Below, one piece after another: positions 36,901 through 50,600 of a DNA stretch of 64,000 bases (position 1 is its first letter; each line of letters begins with the position of its first letter). Below the pieces are notes generated by a model. It ran no database searches and was not told the origin of the DNA. It saw only the letters and a program-made list of their open reading frames with translations. The position numbers were made by a program, and so were the translations under genes. Source of the stretch: Azolla caroliniana (lineage: Eukaryota > Plantae > Polypodiophyta); assembly GCA_043228905.1 (NCBI GenBank), contig JBHGNT010000018.1, positions 10,416,001 to 10,480,000 on the forward strand. The letters are read 5' to 3'.

Positions 36901-37617
36901 TGGCCGGGTCTTTGGATCTAGCTTTCCTCTCCGGTCCTTATCCACATGCACATATGCGAGACACCCGTGTTGGGATTTCGGTCCCTTTCGGATGGGATGG
37001 TCGGATATCGGAGATGAATGCCGACAAGCCCGGTTTCGTTTTCGGATCCGGATGACGAAGACCCCGGCTTCGGTGCCGGATGACGAATGTACCCGGAGAG
37101 CGATCCGGATGCAGGGACATATCCGTGAATATGTTCGCTATGGGCCCCTGAGGCTATAGTTGTAAATAGCCCAAAGTCATATAAGTATAAATATGACTTA
37201 GGGCAAACAGTTTTACTGTTGCTTCTCATTTTTCTGTTTTTCCACTTTAGAGGAGTGAAGAGAGAGAGTAGCCGTGAGAGAGGGAGAGAGAGAGATAGAG
37301 CGCGAGAGAGGAAGAGGTAGACGCCTCTGTGTATTTCCGCCGCCTGTGGCGAGGACAGCGAACTCAAGGTCGTCGCCTTGCAGCTCGCCATTGTATACTT
37401 CTCTGTATAGTGTTGGTTTGGAGTCTTGTACTCCCGTGGTTTTTCCCGTATAGGGTTTCCCACGTTAATCCTTGTGTACTCGCGTTTTTTTTGTTTCTCC
37501 GTGTGGTTCCTATTTTCTGCTCCATTGATTCGCGATTTCTCGGTCGTGGCCGAACGAAGAAGGTGAATAGAAGGGTTAATTCCCATCAAACTGGTATCAG
37601 AGCGACTGTTGCAGAAA

Positions 37618-40600
37618 ATGGAAGGCGGCGGCAGCGGGCAGCCGGGGATGATGGTGTTGAATGCACAGAATTACGCCGACTGGAAGATCAAGATGGAGGA
37701 TCTTCTGATTGTTCGGGACCTGTACGAACCGATTGACAGGTCGGAAATACCGAAGGGGGTACTTGAGTCGGAATGGAGGCTTCTGAACCGGAAAGCCGTA
37801 GCGACGATCCGACAATATGTCGATGTAAGCGTCCTACAACATGTGGCGAACGACACCAACGCATATGAGATGTGGAAGAAGCTGTCGGGCCTCTACGAGA
37901 GGAAGAATGCGTTGAACCGGACCTCCCTGATGAGGAAGATAGTAAATCTCAAGTACCGGGACGGCGAGAGTATGGTGGAACACGTAAGCACGTTCATGGG
38001 ATTCGTGAATCAGCTTGCGGCGATCAAGTTCCCGTTGGAGGATGCAATGCAAGCCATCATCCTGATGTGTACATTGCCGGAAAGCTGGGAGAACTTGGTG
38101 GTGACTCTCAGCACCTCCTGCACCGAAGATAACTTGTCCTTACAAACGGTAAAGACAAGTATTTTGAACGAAGAAGCGCGTCGGAGAGATAAAGAACCGG
38201 CCTCCGACCCGAAGGCGCTTCTTACCGAATCGGATCGGGGAAGACAATGGAACCGGAGTCCGCAAAGACGGGAGAAGTCGGGGACCCGGTCGCAGTCAAG
38301 AGGAAGGCCCACATGCTTCCACTGTGGGAAGCCTGGGCACTTCCGAAAGAATTGTCGGCATTACCGAAAAGACAACGGAGCCGTCGACACCGATTCGAAG
38401 AAGTCACCGGAGAGAAACGGTGCATACCGGGAAGCCACGGACCGGAGAGGTTCGGATCGGCGAGGGCAGGACCGGAAAGGAACGACGACACTCGCGGCAA
38501 GTGAAGAGGAGATCATGCTCATCACCGAAGAAGGTGAACTAAACATTGCCGGCGATGAGACGACCTAGGTGGTCGATTCTGGAGCATCGTTCCACCTGAC
38601 CCCGGAGAGAAGATACTTCTCATCCTACACAGTCGGCGAGCATGGCTGTGTTCGGATGGGAAACGAAGGTACGTGCCGGATTGCCGGCATAGGAGACGTG
38701 TGGTTGACAACCCCGACCGGATGCAAAATGCTGCTGAAGGATGTCCGACACGTTCCGGAGGTTCGATTGAACCTGATTTCGGCCGGAAGGCTAGACGATG
38801 AAGGCTACACAGGTAGCATCCGGAACGGCGTAATGAAGTTCAGCAAGGGGAGCCTGATAGTGGCTCGGGCCCGGAAGATCAACACACTATACCTGATGAA
38901 TGCCCGGTTATGTCCGGAAGAGTTGAATGTGGCAGTCGACACTGCCGGTGAGCTGTGGCACAAAACACTGTGCCACATGAGTGTGAAGGGGATGAAGAGG
39001 CTTGCAGAAGACAACCTTATCCTAGTGAAGCATGTGCACCTGGAGAAGTGCACCGATTGCCTGGCCGGTAAACAGAACCGAACCTCCTTCCACTCAAGGC
39101 CACCGACGAGACGTAGCGCATCATTGGAGTTGGTGCACACTGATGTGTGTCAGGTAGAAACGAAGTCACATGGCGGATCCCAGTACTTCGTAACATTCAT
39201 CGATGATCATAGCCGAAAACTGTGGACGGCACCGTTGAAGACAAAGGACCAAGTGTTGTGCGTCTTCAAGGAACTCCACGCGAGAGTGGAAAGGGAATCC
39301 GGCAAGAAGCTGAAAGCGATACGAGCGGATAATGGAGGGGAATACCGGGGGCAGTTCCAAGAGTACTGTCGCTCGAAGGGAATCCGACTCGAGTTTACTG
39401 TGCCGAAGACGCCGGAACTGAACGGGCTGGCCGAGAGGATGAACCGGACCATAATGGAGAGGGTCCGGAGTATGCTGGCGCATGCGAAATTACCCAAGGG
39501 GTTTTGGGCTGAGGCAATGTCGACGGCGACATACGTGATAAACAGATCACCCTCAGTACCTTTGGACGGAGACACGCCGCAGAAAGTATGGACCGGTAAG
39601 GAAGTGTCCTACCGGCATCTGAAGGTGTTCGGGTGTCTCGCATACGTGCATGTGGCAAAGGACCGGAGAGGAAAGCTAGATCCAAAGACCCGGCCATGCA
39701 TATTCCTCGGTTACGGCGACGACGAGTTCGGCTACCGAGTATGGGACCCGGTTGACAAGAAGATATTCCGGAGTCGTGATATCATCTTCATGGAGAACAA
39801 GACACTCGCCGACTGGGAGTCGGAGAAGAAGATGAAGAGCTCCAAGTCGACCGGTGAGGATAAACTCTACGAGGAGCAGTCCCGACCGGCAAGAGACCGG
39901 TTAACACTCGAAGATCCGGCCCGAAGAAGATGAAAATGATACCGGAACCGGCCCCGATCCCGATATGGATTCGGATGAAGAAGAATCGGATTCACCGGTT
40001 ACCGAAGCTCCGGAACGGAGATATCCTCTAAGAGAGAGAAGGGCCCCTCGGAGATTTCCGGAACCAGAGCACGTGCTGCTAACCGACGAGGGGGAGCCGG
40101 AGAGCTTTGAAGAAGCAAAACATGACACCCAGAGCCGCAGGANNNNNNNNNNNNNNNNNNNNNNNNNNNNNNNNNNNNNNNNNNNNNNNNNNNNNNNNNN
40201 NNNNNNNNNNNNNNNNNNNNNNNNNNNNNNNNNNNNNNNNNNACAGCAAAAGAAGGGCGTCGACTTCGACGAGATATTTGCCCCGGTAGTAAAGATGACC
40301 TCCATCCGGACGGTGCTGAGCATAGCGGCAAGCATGGACCTCGAGGTAGAACAGATGGACGTGAAGACGGCATTCCTTCACGGTGACCTCGAAGAAGAGA
40401 TCTACATGCAGCAACCGGAAGGATTCGAGAAGAAAGGGAAGGAGCACCTGGTATGCCGGTTGAAGAAGAGCCTTTACGGACTAAAGCAGGCTCCCCGGCA
40501 ATTGTACCGGAAGTTTGACTCCTTCATGACCGACGAAGGCTACCTCAAAACGCAGTCCGACCACTGCGTGTTTGTGAAGAAATTCGAAGGAGGAGACTTT

Positions 40601-41593
40601 CTAATACTCCTCCTGTACGTGGACGACATGTTGATCGTCGGACGGGACCAGGTCAAGATACGGATGCTGAAGAAGGCTCTTCACCGAACCTTCTCAATGA
40701 AGGACCTGGGTCCGGCGAGGCAAATACTAGGGATGCACATCATCCTGGACCGGAAGAAGAAGCAGTTGTGGCTGTCACAGGAGAAGTACGTGACGAAGGT
40801 GCTTCACCGGTTCAACATGTCGGAAGCAAGACCGGTCGGATCGACCCTCCCGACAAACTGCAAGCTGTCTAGCAAGCAAAGTCCCAAGACAAAGGCTGAA
40901 AAGGAGGATATGATGAAAGTGCCGTATGCCTCAGCCGTCGGGAGCTTGATGTACGCCATGGTGTGTACGAGACCGGACATCGGATATGCAGTCGGAGTGG
41001 TGAGCCGGTACATGAGCAATCCCGGCAAAGAGCATTGGAACGCGGCCAAGTGGATACTCCGATACCTGAAGGGCACGGCAAACGTGTGCCTCCGATTCGG
41101 CTCCGGTAAGCCCGAACTCGACGGCTTCACCGATTCGGATATGTCGGCTGATGCAGATACCAGCCGGTCCACATCAGGGTATGTGATGACGTATGCAGGG
41201 GGAGCCGTTTCGTGGCAGTCGAGGCTGCAGAAGACGGTTGCGTTGTCAACCACGGAGGCGGAGTACATGGCTGCTGTTGAAGCCGGCAAGGAAATAATAT
41301 GGATGAAGGACTTCATTAGAGAGCTCGGTATCCAACAGGAGGAGTACCGACTCTACTGCGACAGTCAGAGTGCAATCCACCTTGCGAAGAACGCGGCCTA
41401 TCACTCCCGGACGAAGCACATCCAGCGAAGATATCACTGGATCCGGGAAAGGATAGAAGACAAGGAGTTCGTGCTGACGAAGGTCCACACGGACGAGAAC
41501 GGGTCGGATATGCTGACCAAGGTGCTCACACCCGACAAGCTGGAAGCATGCCGGAAGAGGATCGGATTGGAGAGACATCCCATGCCGAAGTGA
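37618..41593 (+). pseudogene. gag-pol: T3 gag-pol; TAG at 38566, frameshifting deletion near 39921, spans an assembly gap
   Basis: ORFs 37609, 38569 and 39965 are nearly identical to the T2 protein. Confidence 0.95.
40143..40242. other. Assembly gap (100 N placeholder)
   Basis: Run of N; the homologous T2 interval (about 36256-36430) is roughly 175 bp. Confidence 0.99.
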
Positions 41594-44500
41594 AGGGGGA
41601 GTTTGTTGGGATTTCGGTCCCTTTCGGATGGGATGGTCGGATATCGGAGATGAATGCCGACAAGCCCGGTTTCGGTTTCGGATCCGGATGACGAAGACCC
41701 CGGCTTCGGTGCCGGATGACGAATGTACCCGGAGAGCGATCCGGATGCAGGGACATATCCGTGAATATGTTCGCTATGGGCCCCTGAGGCTATAGTTGTA
41801 AATAGCCCAAAGTCATATAAGTATAAATATGACTTAGGGCAAACAGTTTTACTGTTGCTTCTCATTTTTCTGTTTTTCCACTTTAGAGGAGTGAAGAGAG
41901 AGAGCAGCCGTGAGAGAGGGAGAGAGAGAGATAGAGCGCGAGAGAGGAAGAGGTAGACGCCTTTGTGTATTTCCGCCGCCTGTGGCGAGGACAGCGAGCT
42001 CAAGGTCGTCGCCTTGCAGCTCGCCATTGTATACTTCTCTGTATAGTGTTGGTTTTTGAGTCTTGTACTCCCGTGGTTTTTCCCGTATAGGGTTTTCCAC
42101 GTTAATCCTTGTGTACTCGCGTTTTTTTTGTTTCTCCGTGTGGTTCCTATTTTCTGCTCCATTGATTCGCGATTTCTCGGTCGTGGCCGAACGAAGAAGG
42201 TGAATAGAAGGGTTAATTCCCATCAACCCGAACACCTTCAGATGCCGGTAGGATACTTCCCTACCGGTCCACACTCTCTGCGGCGTGTCTCCGTCCAAAG
42301 GTGCTGAGGGTGATCTGTTTATCACGTATGTCGCCGTCGACATTGCCTCAGCCCAAAACCCCTTGGGTAATTTCGCATGCGCCAGCATACTCCGGACCCT
42401 CTCCATTATGGTCCGGTTCATCCTCTCGGCCAGCCCGTTCAGTTCCGGCGTCTTCGGCACAGTAAACTCGAGCCGGATTCCCTTCGAGCGACAGTACTCC
42501 TTGAACTGCCCCCGGTATTCCCCTCCGTTATCCGCTCGTATCGCTTTCAGCTTCTTGCCGGATTCCCTTTCCACTCTCGCGTGGAGTTCTTTGAAGACGC
42601 ACAACACTTGGTCCTTTTTCTTCAGCGGTGCCGTCCACAGTTTTCGGCTATGATCATCTATGAATGTTACGAAGTACTGGGCTCCGCCATGTGACTTCGT
42701 TTCTACCTGACACACATCAGTGTGCACCAACTCCAATGGTGCGCTACGTCTCGTCGGTGGCCTTGAGTGGAAGGAGGTTCGGTTCTGCTTACCGGCCAGG
42801 CAATCGGTGCACTTCTCCAGGTGCACATGCTTCACTGGAATAAGGTTGTCTTCTGCAAGCCTCTTCATCCCCTTCTCACTCATGTGGCACAGTCTCTTGT
42901 GCCACAGCTCACCGGCAGTGTCGGCTGCCACGTTCAACTCTTCCGCACACAACCAGGCATTCATAAGGTACAGTGTGTTGACTTTCCGGGCCCGAGCCAC
43001 TATCAGGCTTCCCTTGCTGAACTTCATTACGCCGTTCCGGATGCTACCTGTGTAGCCTTCATCGTCTAGCCTCCCGGCCGAAATCAGGTTCAATCGAACC
43101 TCCGGAACGTGTCGGACATCCTTCAGCAGCATTTTGCATCCGGTCGGGGTTGTCAACCACACGTCTCCTATGCCGGCAATCCGGCACGTACCTTCATTTC
43201 CCATCCGAACACAGCCAAGCTCACCGGCTGTGTAGGATGAGAAGTATCTTCTTTCCGGGGTCAGGTGGAACGATGCTCCGGAATCGACCACCCAGGTCGT
43301 CTCATCGCCGGCAATGTTTAGTTCACCTTCTTCGGTGATGAGCATGATTTCTTCTTCACTTGCCGCGAGTGCCGTCGTTCCTTTCCGGTCCTGCCCTCGC
43401 CGATCCGGACCTCTCCGGTCCGTGGCTCCCCGGTATGCACCGTTTCTCTCTGGTGACTTCTTCGAATCGGTGTCGTCGGCTCCGTTGTCTTTTCGGTAAT
43501 GCCGACAATTCTTCCGGAAGTGCCCCGGCTTCCCACAGTGGAAGCATGTGGGTCTTCCTCTTGACTGCGACCGGGTCCCCGACTTCTCCCGTCTTTGCGG
43601 ACTCCGGTTCCATTGTCTTCCCCGTTCCGATTCGGTAAGCAGCGCCTTCGAGTCGGAGGCCGGTTCTTTATCTCTCCGACGCGCTTCTTCGTTCAAAATA
43701 CTTGTCTTTACCGTTTGTAGGGACAAGTTATCTTCGGTGCAGGAGGTGCTGAGAGTCACCACCAAGTTCTCCCAGCTTTCCGGCAATGTACACATCAGAA
43801 TGATGGCTTGCATTGCATCCTCCAACGGGAACTTGATCGCCGCAAGCTGGTTCACGAACCCCATGAACGTGCTTACGTGTTCCACCATATTCTCGCCGTC
43901 CCGATACTTGAGGTTCACTATCTTCCTCATCAGGGAGGTCCGGTTCAACGCATTCTTCCTCTCATAGAGGCCCGACAGCTTCCGCCACATCTCATATGCG
44001 TTGGTGTCGTTCGCCACATGTTGTAGAACACTCACGTCTACGTATTGCCGAATGGTTGCAACGGCTTTCCGGTTCAGAAGCCTCCATTCCGACTCAAGTA
44101 CCCCCTTCGGTATTTCCGACCTGTCAATCGGTTCGTACAGGTCCCGAACAATCAGAAGATCCTCCATCTTGATCTTCCAGTCGGCGTAATTCTGCGCATT
44201 CAGCACCATCATCCCCGGCTGCCCGCTGCCGCCGCCTTCCATTCTCTGCAGCAACTCGCTCTGATACCAAATTGATGGAAATAAATGAAACTTTCCGAAC
44301 TTCACCTCTCGGCCACAACCAAGGAAAACACACGAATCGTTGTTGCAGAAAATGGGAAATGCAGTGGACACACGATTTATCGTGGAAAACCCTGTACGGG
44401 AAAAAAACCACGGGAGTGCAAAACTCCGAACCAAAACTATGCGCAGAGAAGTATACAATGGCGAGCTGCAAGGCGACGACCTTGAGCTCGCTGTCCTCGC

Positions 44501-44867
44501 CACAGGCGGCGGAAATACACAGAGGCGTCGACCTCTTCCTCTCTCACGCTCTATCTCTCTCACGGCTGCTCTCTCTTCACTCCTCTTGAGTGGAAAAACA
44601 GAAAAATGAGTAGCAAACTTAAAACTGTCTGCCCTAAGTCATATTTATACACATATGACTTTGGGGCTATTTACAACTATAGCCTCAAGGGCCCTTAGCA
44701 AACATATTCACGGATATGTCCCCGCATCCGGATCTCTCTCCGGGTACATTCGTCATCCGGCTCCGAAGCCGGGGTCTCCATCATCCGGTTCCGAAACCGA
44801 AACCGGGCTCGTCGGCATTCATCTCCGACATCCGACCATCCCATCCGAAGGGACCGTAATCCCAACA

Positions 44868-47327
44868 AGGATCGGGTCGGATCGGATGGCCCGCGTGGAT
44901 ACAAAGTACAAGACTGTGGACCGGAAGGTGAGGCTAGTCGAGGCACCCTTGCCGGAGGGCAGCGAGGAGCGGATAAAAGGGGTTGCGTCGGACCCGAGTA
45001 TACGGAATCCGGCTGGCATAGGGCACCGGTTCACCGACAAAACGCTACGGGAGCTCAAGGCTGGTGAGGGTGGCTTTCTACTGCCGGCGGAGGAGAACAG
45101 GTTTTGGAGAATGCTCGGAAGGCATGGGAAAGCCTTTGCGTTCTCGCCGGAGGAGATCGGGTGCGTGGACCCGACGATCGTCGAACCGATGGTGATCTTC
45201 ACGGTACCGCATGTACCGTGGAATCTCAAACCGATTCCAGTGCCGAGAGCTCACATCCCGAAGTTGATGGAGCTTCTGAAGCAAAAGGTGGAGATGGGTA
45301 TCCTCGATCCGTCGAGTGCCCCGTATTCGAATCGGTTGTTTACGGTGCCGAAGAAGAACGGCACGCTACGCTTCATTCAGGACCTGCAACCAGTCAACAA
45401 GGTGACCATCCGTAACGTAGGAATCAGACCGACCATAGATGAGTTCGCAGAGGCCTTCGCCGGAAGGTCGATTTACTCTGTCGTTGATCTGTACTCGGGG
45501 TACGATCAGTTCCAACTAGCCGTGGAGAGCAGAGACATTACGATGATGCAGACCCCTCTCGACCTAGTGCGGATGTGTACCCTACCACAAGGAGGAACGA
45601 ACTCAGTGGCTCACATGGTGAACGCGATGAACAAAGTGCTCAGGGATTGTATCCCGAACATCACCATGCCATTCTTAGACAACATCCTGATCAGGGGATG
45701 CCCGGTGGAGGAAAAGGACGAGGCAATCAGACCGGACGGTGCGCATTCTACCACATCTGGATCCCGCACTACACACATGTCGTGGAACCCCTCTACGGAC
45801 TATTGAAAAAGGGGTGTAGCTTTGAGTGGAGGACGGAGCACATGGAGTCGGTACGGAGACTAAAGGGGGCAATTACGGTAGCACCGGCTCTCCGTAAAGC
45901 GGTTTACGGCAAGTATGTTCCCATTTGTTTGATGGTGGACACCAGCCTGACCAGGATCGGGTGGGTAATCAGTCAGGAGGACAAGGACGGTGTACGATTC
46001 CCGATCCAGTTCGGGGCGAAGGTATTGAGCGAGCGGCAGCGAGGATACGCCCAAGTTAAGCGCGAGCTTTGGGGTGTCGTTTCAGTAGTCAAGGCCGACA
46101 AGGACTATCTGATTGGGACGGAGGTGATCATCGAGACGGACTGCCTGCCGATACTCGGCATGGTTTCTGGATGCGTGACGTCAGACCTAGCAATGCTCCG
46201 GTGGATAGCGTACATTAAGTCCCTGATCCCAGAGATACAGCACATCTCCGGAAAGGATAACGCCATGGCCGACATGCTCTCGAGAGCAAGGTTCAACGAC
46301 AAAGACGGCATGGTTTCGGATGACGAAGAAGTCGGCGAGGACTTCTTCGGGTCCGCTAACGTAGCGACGAGGGAAAGGGACACTCCGGCCCTTAACGAAT
46401 TTGACGAAAGCAGGTACGACGGGGAGTGGCTCCAAATAGGGAGGTTCCTACGGACGATGACGCCAGACGCAGCATGGACGAGAGAAAAGGCGAGCCGGGT
46501 ACGGAAGAAGGCGTACCGATTCTTCCTGCGGGACAAGTGCATATGGAGGCACCCAAAGAAGAGAAACGACATCCCGCTCCGAGTAGTGACAAAGAAAGAA
46601 GAACATGAGGAACTACTGGTGGTGTTTCACGAGAGTCCCTGGGCCAGGCACCGCGGAACGTGGGCCACATTCGAGAAGCTGAAGGAGATGTACTGGTGGC
46701 CGGGGCTGAGTGCATCGGTTTGTAACGACTTGCGAAAGCTGTCAAATGCACTCCATAGTCCGACACCGAGACGAGCTACACCCGACCTACCCGCTTACGG
46801 TCCATTTCAAGTGGATGGTGAACTTGGTGGCGATGCCGATGGGAGTAGGACAGATGCGGTACCTGGTGCTTGCACCGGAAGACTTAACGAACCAGGTGGA
46901 AGGCCGTGCACTGCAGAGCAAGACAACCGCAGCGGTATGCTGGTTCCTGATCGAAGAAGTAGTGTGTCGGTACGGGTGTGTCAGGAGGATCCTGGCGGAC
47001 CGGGGAGAGCTGGATGCGCGGGAGGCTGAGGAGGTGTTCGACTGGCTAGGCGTCAAACTCTCCCTCACTACGGCATACAATCTGGAGGTGAACGGAAAGG
47101 TAGAACGTGGGCAAGGGCTGATCGTAAAGGCGTTGGTGCGTGCATGCGGAGGGCAAGTCGGGAATTGGCCGCGACTCCTTCCTTACGCACTATGGGCAGA
47201 CCGAACTACGCATAGTTCGGTGACAGGGTTTATGCTGACAGAGCTAATGTATGGACAGAAGCCGATCATGCCGGTGGAACGGACGGTTTCTTCATGGGCG
47301 GCGGTAGATTGGAAGGACGAAATGAGC
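44868..47327 (+). pseudogene. pol: RT-RNaseH-integrase of the Trp-primed Gypsy (internal deletion near 45740, frameshifts)
   Basis: PVPRAHIPKL, LPQGGTNSVA, MPFLDN, YAQVKRELWG, HRGTWATF..CESCQ, NGKVERG. Confidence 0.93.
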
Positions 47328-47623
47328 CTCAATGGTGGCCTATCGGCGGGATATGGTGAAGGGATACACACCCACACTCCTCGCACGTCCACAGTTCTCA
47401 AACAACCCGAAGGACCGCCAGTCAATGTCCACGAAGCCCACTTCGAGAGCGACGACACTAGTTTCACCCTATAGGTACAAAGTGTTGCGACGAGAACGGA
47501 GAGACAATCTCGTGCTTCAATGTCACCACCCTAGGTCCCCGGTGAAAAGACGTAGACGTAGAGGACGAAGAACGGGTACAACGAGTCACACGTCCAGGTG
47601 ACGTCACGACCACTCAAGAGGCG

Positions 47624-50600
47624 GTGACGGAAGCGGACTTCCCAGAGCATTTCAAACTCTATGAACAAGGGAGTACGGCAGTGGCTTGTAAGAGACCGCA
47701 ACGCAACCCCCAAGGCCTAGGAGAAGTCTACGATGGACCAGCAAGGGTGAAAGAAATCAACCTTGGGAAAGGGGCAGACTCTAAACCAGTGTTCATAGCT
47801 ACAGATCTCCAACCGGACGAGGAGGCTTCCTTGATCACTCTCCTCACGGAATTTAGCGACGTGTTTGCATGGTCGTACGTCGACATGAAGGGAGTCCCAG
47901 CTGAGGTCGTCACACATAGTATCCCCATGCGAGCCGACGCCCGCCCAATTGGCAAAGGCCACGTCCAATGAATCCTAACTACGCCCAACAAGTGAAAGCC
48001 GAAATCAACAAAATGTTAGCTGCAGGCATTATCTACCCAATCGAACAAACTACTGGGGTCTCCCCAATTGTGGTCATCCCAAAGAAAAACGGTCAGATCC
48101 GCATATGTGTAGACTACGGCCAAGTTAACGAAGCCACTATCAAGGACAATTACCCGGTACCCTACATCGAACATTTACTCGAAAGAACCGCGGGAGCGGA
48201 AGCGTATAGCTTCATCGACGGGTTCTCCGGGTACAACCAAATCTCGGTGGTCCCTGAGGATCAACACAAGACCGCTTTCGCCACGGAATTTGGTACATTC
48301 GCGTATAAACATATGCCTTTCGGACTCACGAGCGCCTTGAGCACCTACCAAAGAGCAGCAGACCATATCTTTGCCGCAAGGTTACGCCAAGGGGTGGAGT
48401 CTTATGTTGACGACTTATGTTGCAATTCTAAATGGCATGACCACTTGGGGCTACTCCGTTTGAAGTTCGTAAAATGCAGAACCTATCAACTCTCTCTCAA
48501 CCCGCTCAAGTGTCAGTTCTGGGTCAAGCACAGAATAATATTAGAACACGTCGTGTCCCGCCACGGGATCTCGACCGAAGAGGCAAAAGTAAAACTCATC
48601 CTCGACATGCCACCCCCCACAAACGAGAAACAACTACAAGGGTTCATGGGATACGCGGGTTACTATAGACGCTTCATTAAGATGTTCGCGGACAAGGCTA
48701 GACCAATCTACTCCCTATTAAAGCAGTTCGTATGGACAGAGGAATGCACACACTCCTTCAAACTCTTGAAAGAGTGCCTAACTAAGGCTCCCATCCTCCG
48801 GCCTCCCGACTGGACCAAAGAATTCCACGTGCACACCGACGCTTCCGCCTTCGCGATTGGTGCAGTGCTAGCCCAACCCGGTGAAGGGGCACTCGACCTA
48901 CCGGTCACCTTCGCTAGTCGCCAGCTAAATGCCACGGAACGAAATTACTCCACGACAGAACGGGAGGCTTTGGCCATGGTCTACAGCATAAAGAAATTCC
49001 GCCAATACCTGTTGGCGTCCCGGTTCTCGTTTTTTGTAGACCATCAGGCCCTACTCTACTTAGTAAACAAAACTCATGTCACTGGACACATCTCACGATG
49101 GATTGTAACGTTACTCGAATTCGACTTCAAGGTAGTAGTGAGAAAAGGGAAAGACCATGTACTCGCCGATCATTTCTCCCGGATTCCCAACGGAGAAGAA
49201 GCCATTGGGGTCGATGATGAAACACCAGATGCAGCATTATTTGCGATCGATACCGTACCAGCATGGGCATTAGACATAGTTCGCGTCCTAACCGAAGGAG
49301 CGTCCTTCCTAAAACAACTACCACGAACAAACGCACGCGCCTTGCTAAAGAAATGTGGCCCCTTCACGATGCTCCGAGGCAATCTGTACCGTCGGGGTAA
49401 TGACGATCTACTTCGGAGGTGTATAACAGACCATGATGTCGTCACCACCCTTGAACAAGCTCATTGCGGGGGCGGAAGTGGTCATTTCAATCACGAGACC
49501 ACTGCGCGCAAGATCCTTCAGTCCGGCCTATGGTGGCCAACACTCTTCAAAGACACATACGCGTACGTACGTCACTATGACGAGTGCCAACGTTTCAAAC
49601 ACCCGCTAATAGCGGATTTTAATACGTTAAACTCGGTGGTCGCATGGCAACCATTCGAGAAATGGGGTATCGACTTTATCGGCCCAATCAGCCCAGCTTC
49701 CAACCTCAACCGATACATAATAACCGCCACCGCCTATGCCACCAAGTGGGTTGAAGCGAAAGCTTGCGTTAACGCCGACGCGCGTAGTACTGCCAAATTC
49801 CTATATGAAAATGTCATCGTACGGTTTGGATGTCCGCTCAAAATCATTAGTGACCAAGGCTCACATTTCCTGAACGAGGTGATAGCACATTTATTAGGTG
49901 AGTTTATGGTGACACACCGCAAAAGTTCTCCTTATTACCCTCGATGCAAAGGACAAGCGGAAAGCACGAATAAGGTGCTATGTGCAGTACTCACAAAGAT
50001 AGTCGCTGCCTCCCAATCTGATTGGAGCACCAAACTCCAAGCAACATTATGGGCTTTCCGTACTTCCTACAAAGTCGCAACTCACCACACACCATTCAAA
50101 CTAGTGTACGGGCAAGAAGCAGTATTACCCATCGAGTTCCTTGTCCCCAGCCTCATGATCGCCGTACAGGAACGATGGGAAGGGGACCCCCTCCCGTCAC
50201 GCCTAGAGAACCTGAACGACTAACAGAAACTCGCCTTCTTGCATTCCAGGCACTCTTGGCAGAGAAAGCCAATAGAAAGGTGTGGCACGACAATAAAGTC
50301 AAGAACAAAGACCTCGCAGAAGGCGACATGGCCCTCAAATTCTCCTCTCAACGACACAAGAAGAAATTGAAGCTACGGGGCGAAGGCCCGTATGTGGTTT
50401 CGGAGGTTACCAAGACAAGAGCATGTCGCCTACGCACGATCGAAGGTTTTGACATCCCCGGGTTCATTAATGGGAGCAAGCTCAAACGTTACTATGGACC
50501 CCTCACACTCGAGGCTCTACTCACGGCTCGGCAACGAGAGGTAGAGGCCAAACTTAAAGCCTCCGAAGGCCGAATGGCCCGGCTCGAAACCGACCTGCGC

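Larger units (their letters stand above)
36968..42225 (+). mobile_element. Tnt1/Tork-like Copia T3 nested antiparallel inside T2
   Basis: TSD ACCCG at 36963-36967 and 42226-42230. LTRs 36968-37588 and 41604-42225. Met PBS 37592-37603, PPT 41592-41601. Confidence 0.97.
34906..44242 (-). pseudogene. gag-pol: T2 gag-pol, split by T3 within integrase; nonsense mutations near 36439, 36330 and 35149
   Basis: Runs from MEGGGSGQPG at 44242 to HLKVFG, resumes at 36967, then RT/RH ORF 35149-36327. Confidence 0.95.
34302..44867 (-). mobile_element. Tnt1/Tork-like Copia T2 (outer), full length
   Basis: LTRs 34302-34895 and 44273-44867 (about 3 substitutions and 1 indel). Met PBS 44258-44269, PPT 34898-34907. 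Flanking duplication AGGATC. Confidence 0.97.
29307..47327 (+). mobile_element. Autonomous-type Trp-primed non-chromovirus Gypsy (Phygy/Ylt1-like, tentative), 3'-truncated, hosting nested insertions
   Basis: 5' LTR 29307-29956, PBS TGGTGAACCCAACGTGAA 29961-29978. Gag from about 30001, knuckle CMWCDAIGHIQKDC, PR ALVDHGSEINLM, RT KYKTVDRKV..KKNGTLRFIQDLQPVN..DLYSGYDQF, INT up to WKDEMS. Confidence 0.92.

Noticed and set aside
41849-44563. 904-aa ORF as a novel fusion protein
   Set aside because: It is T2 gag-pol (true start 44242) extended by chance read-through of LTR sequence at both ends.
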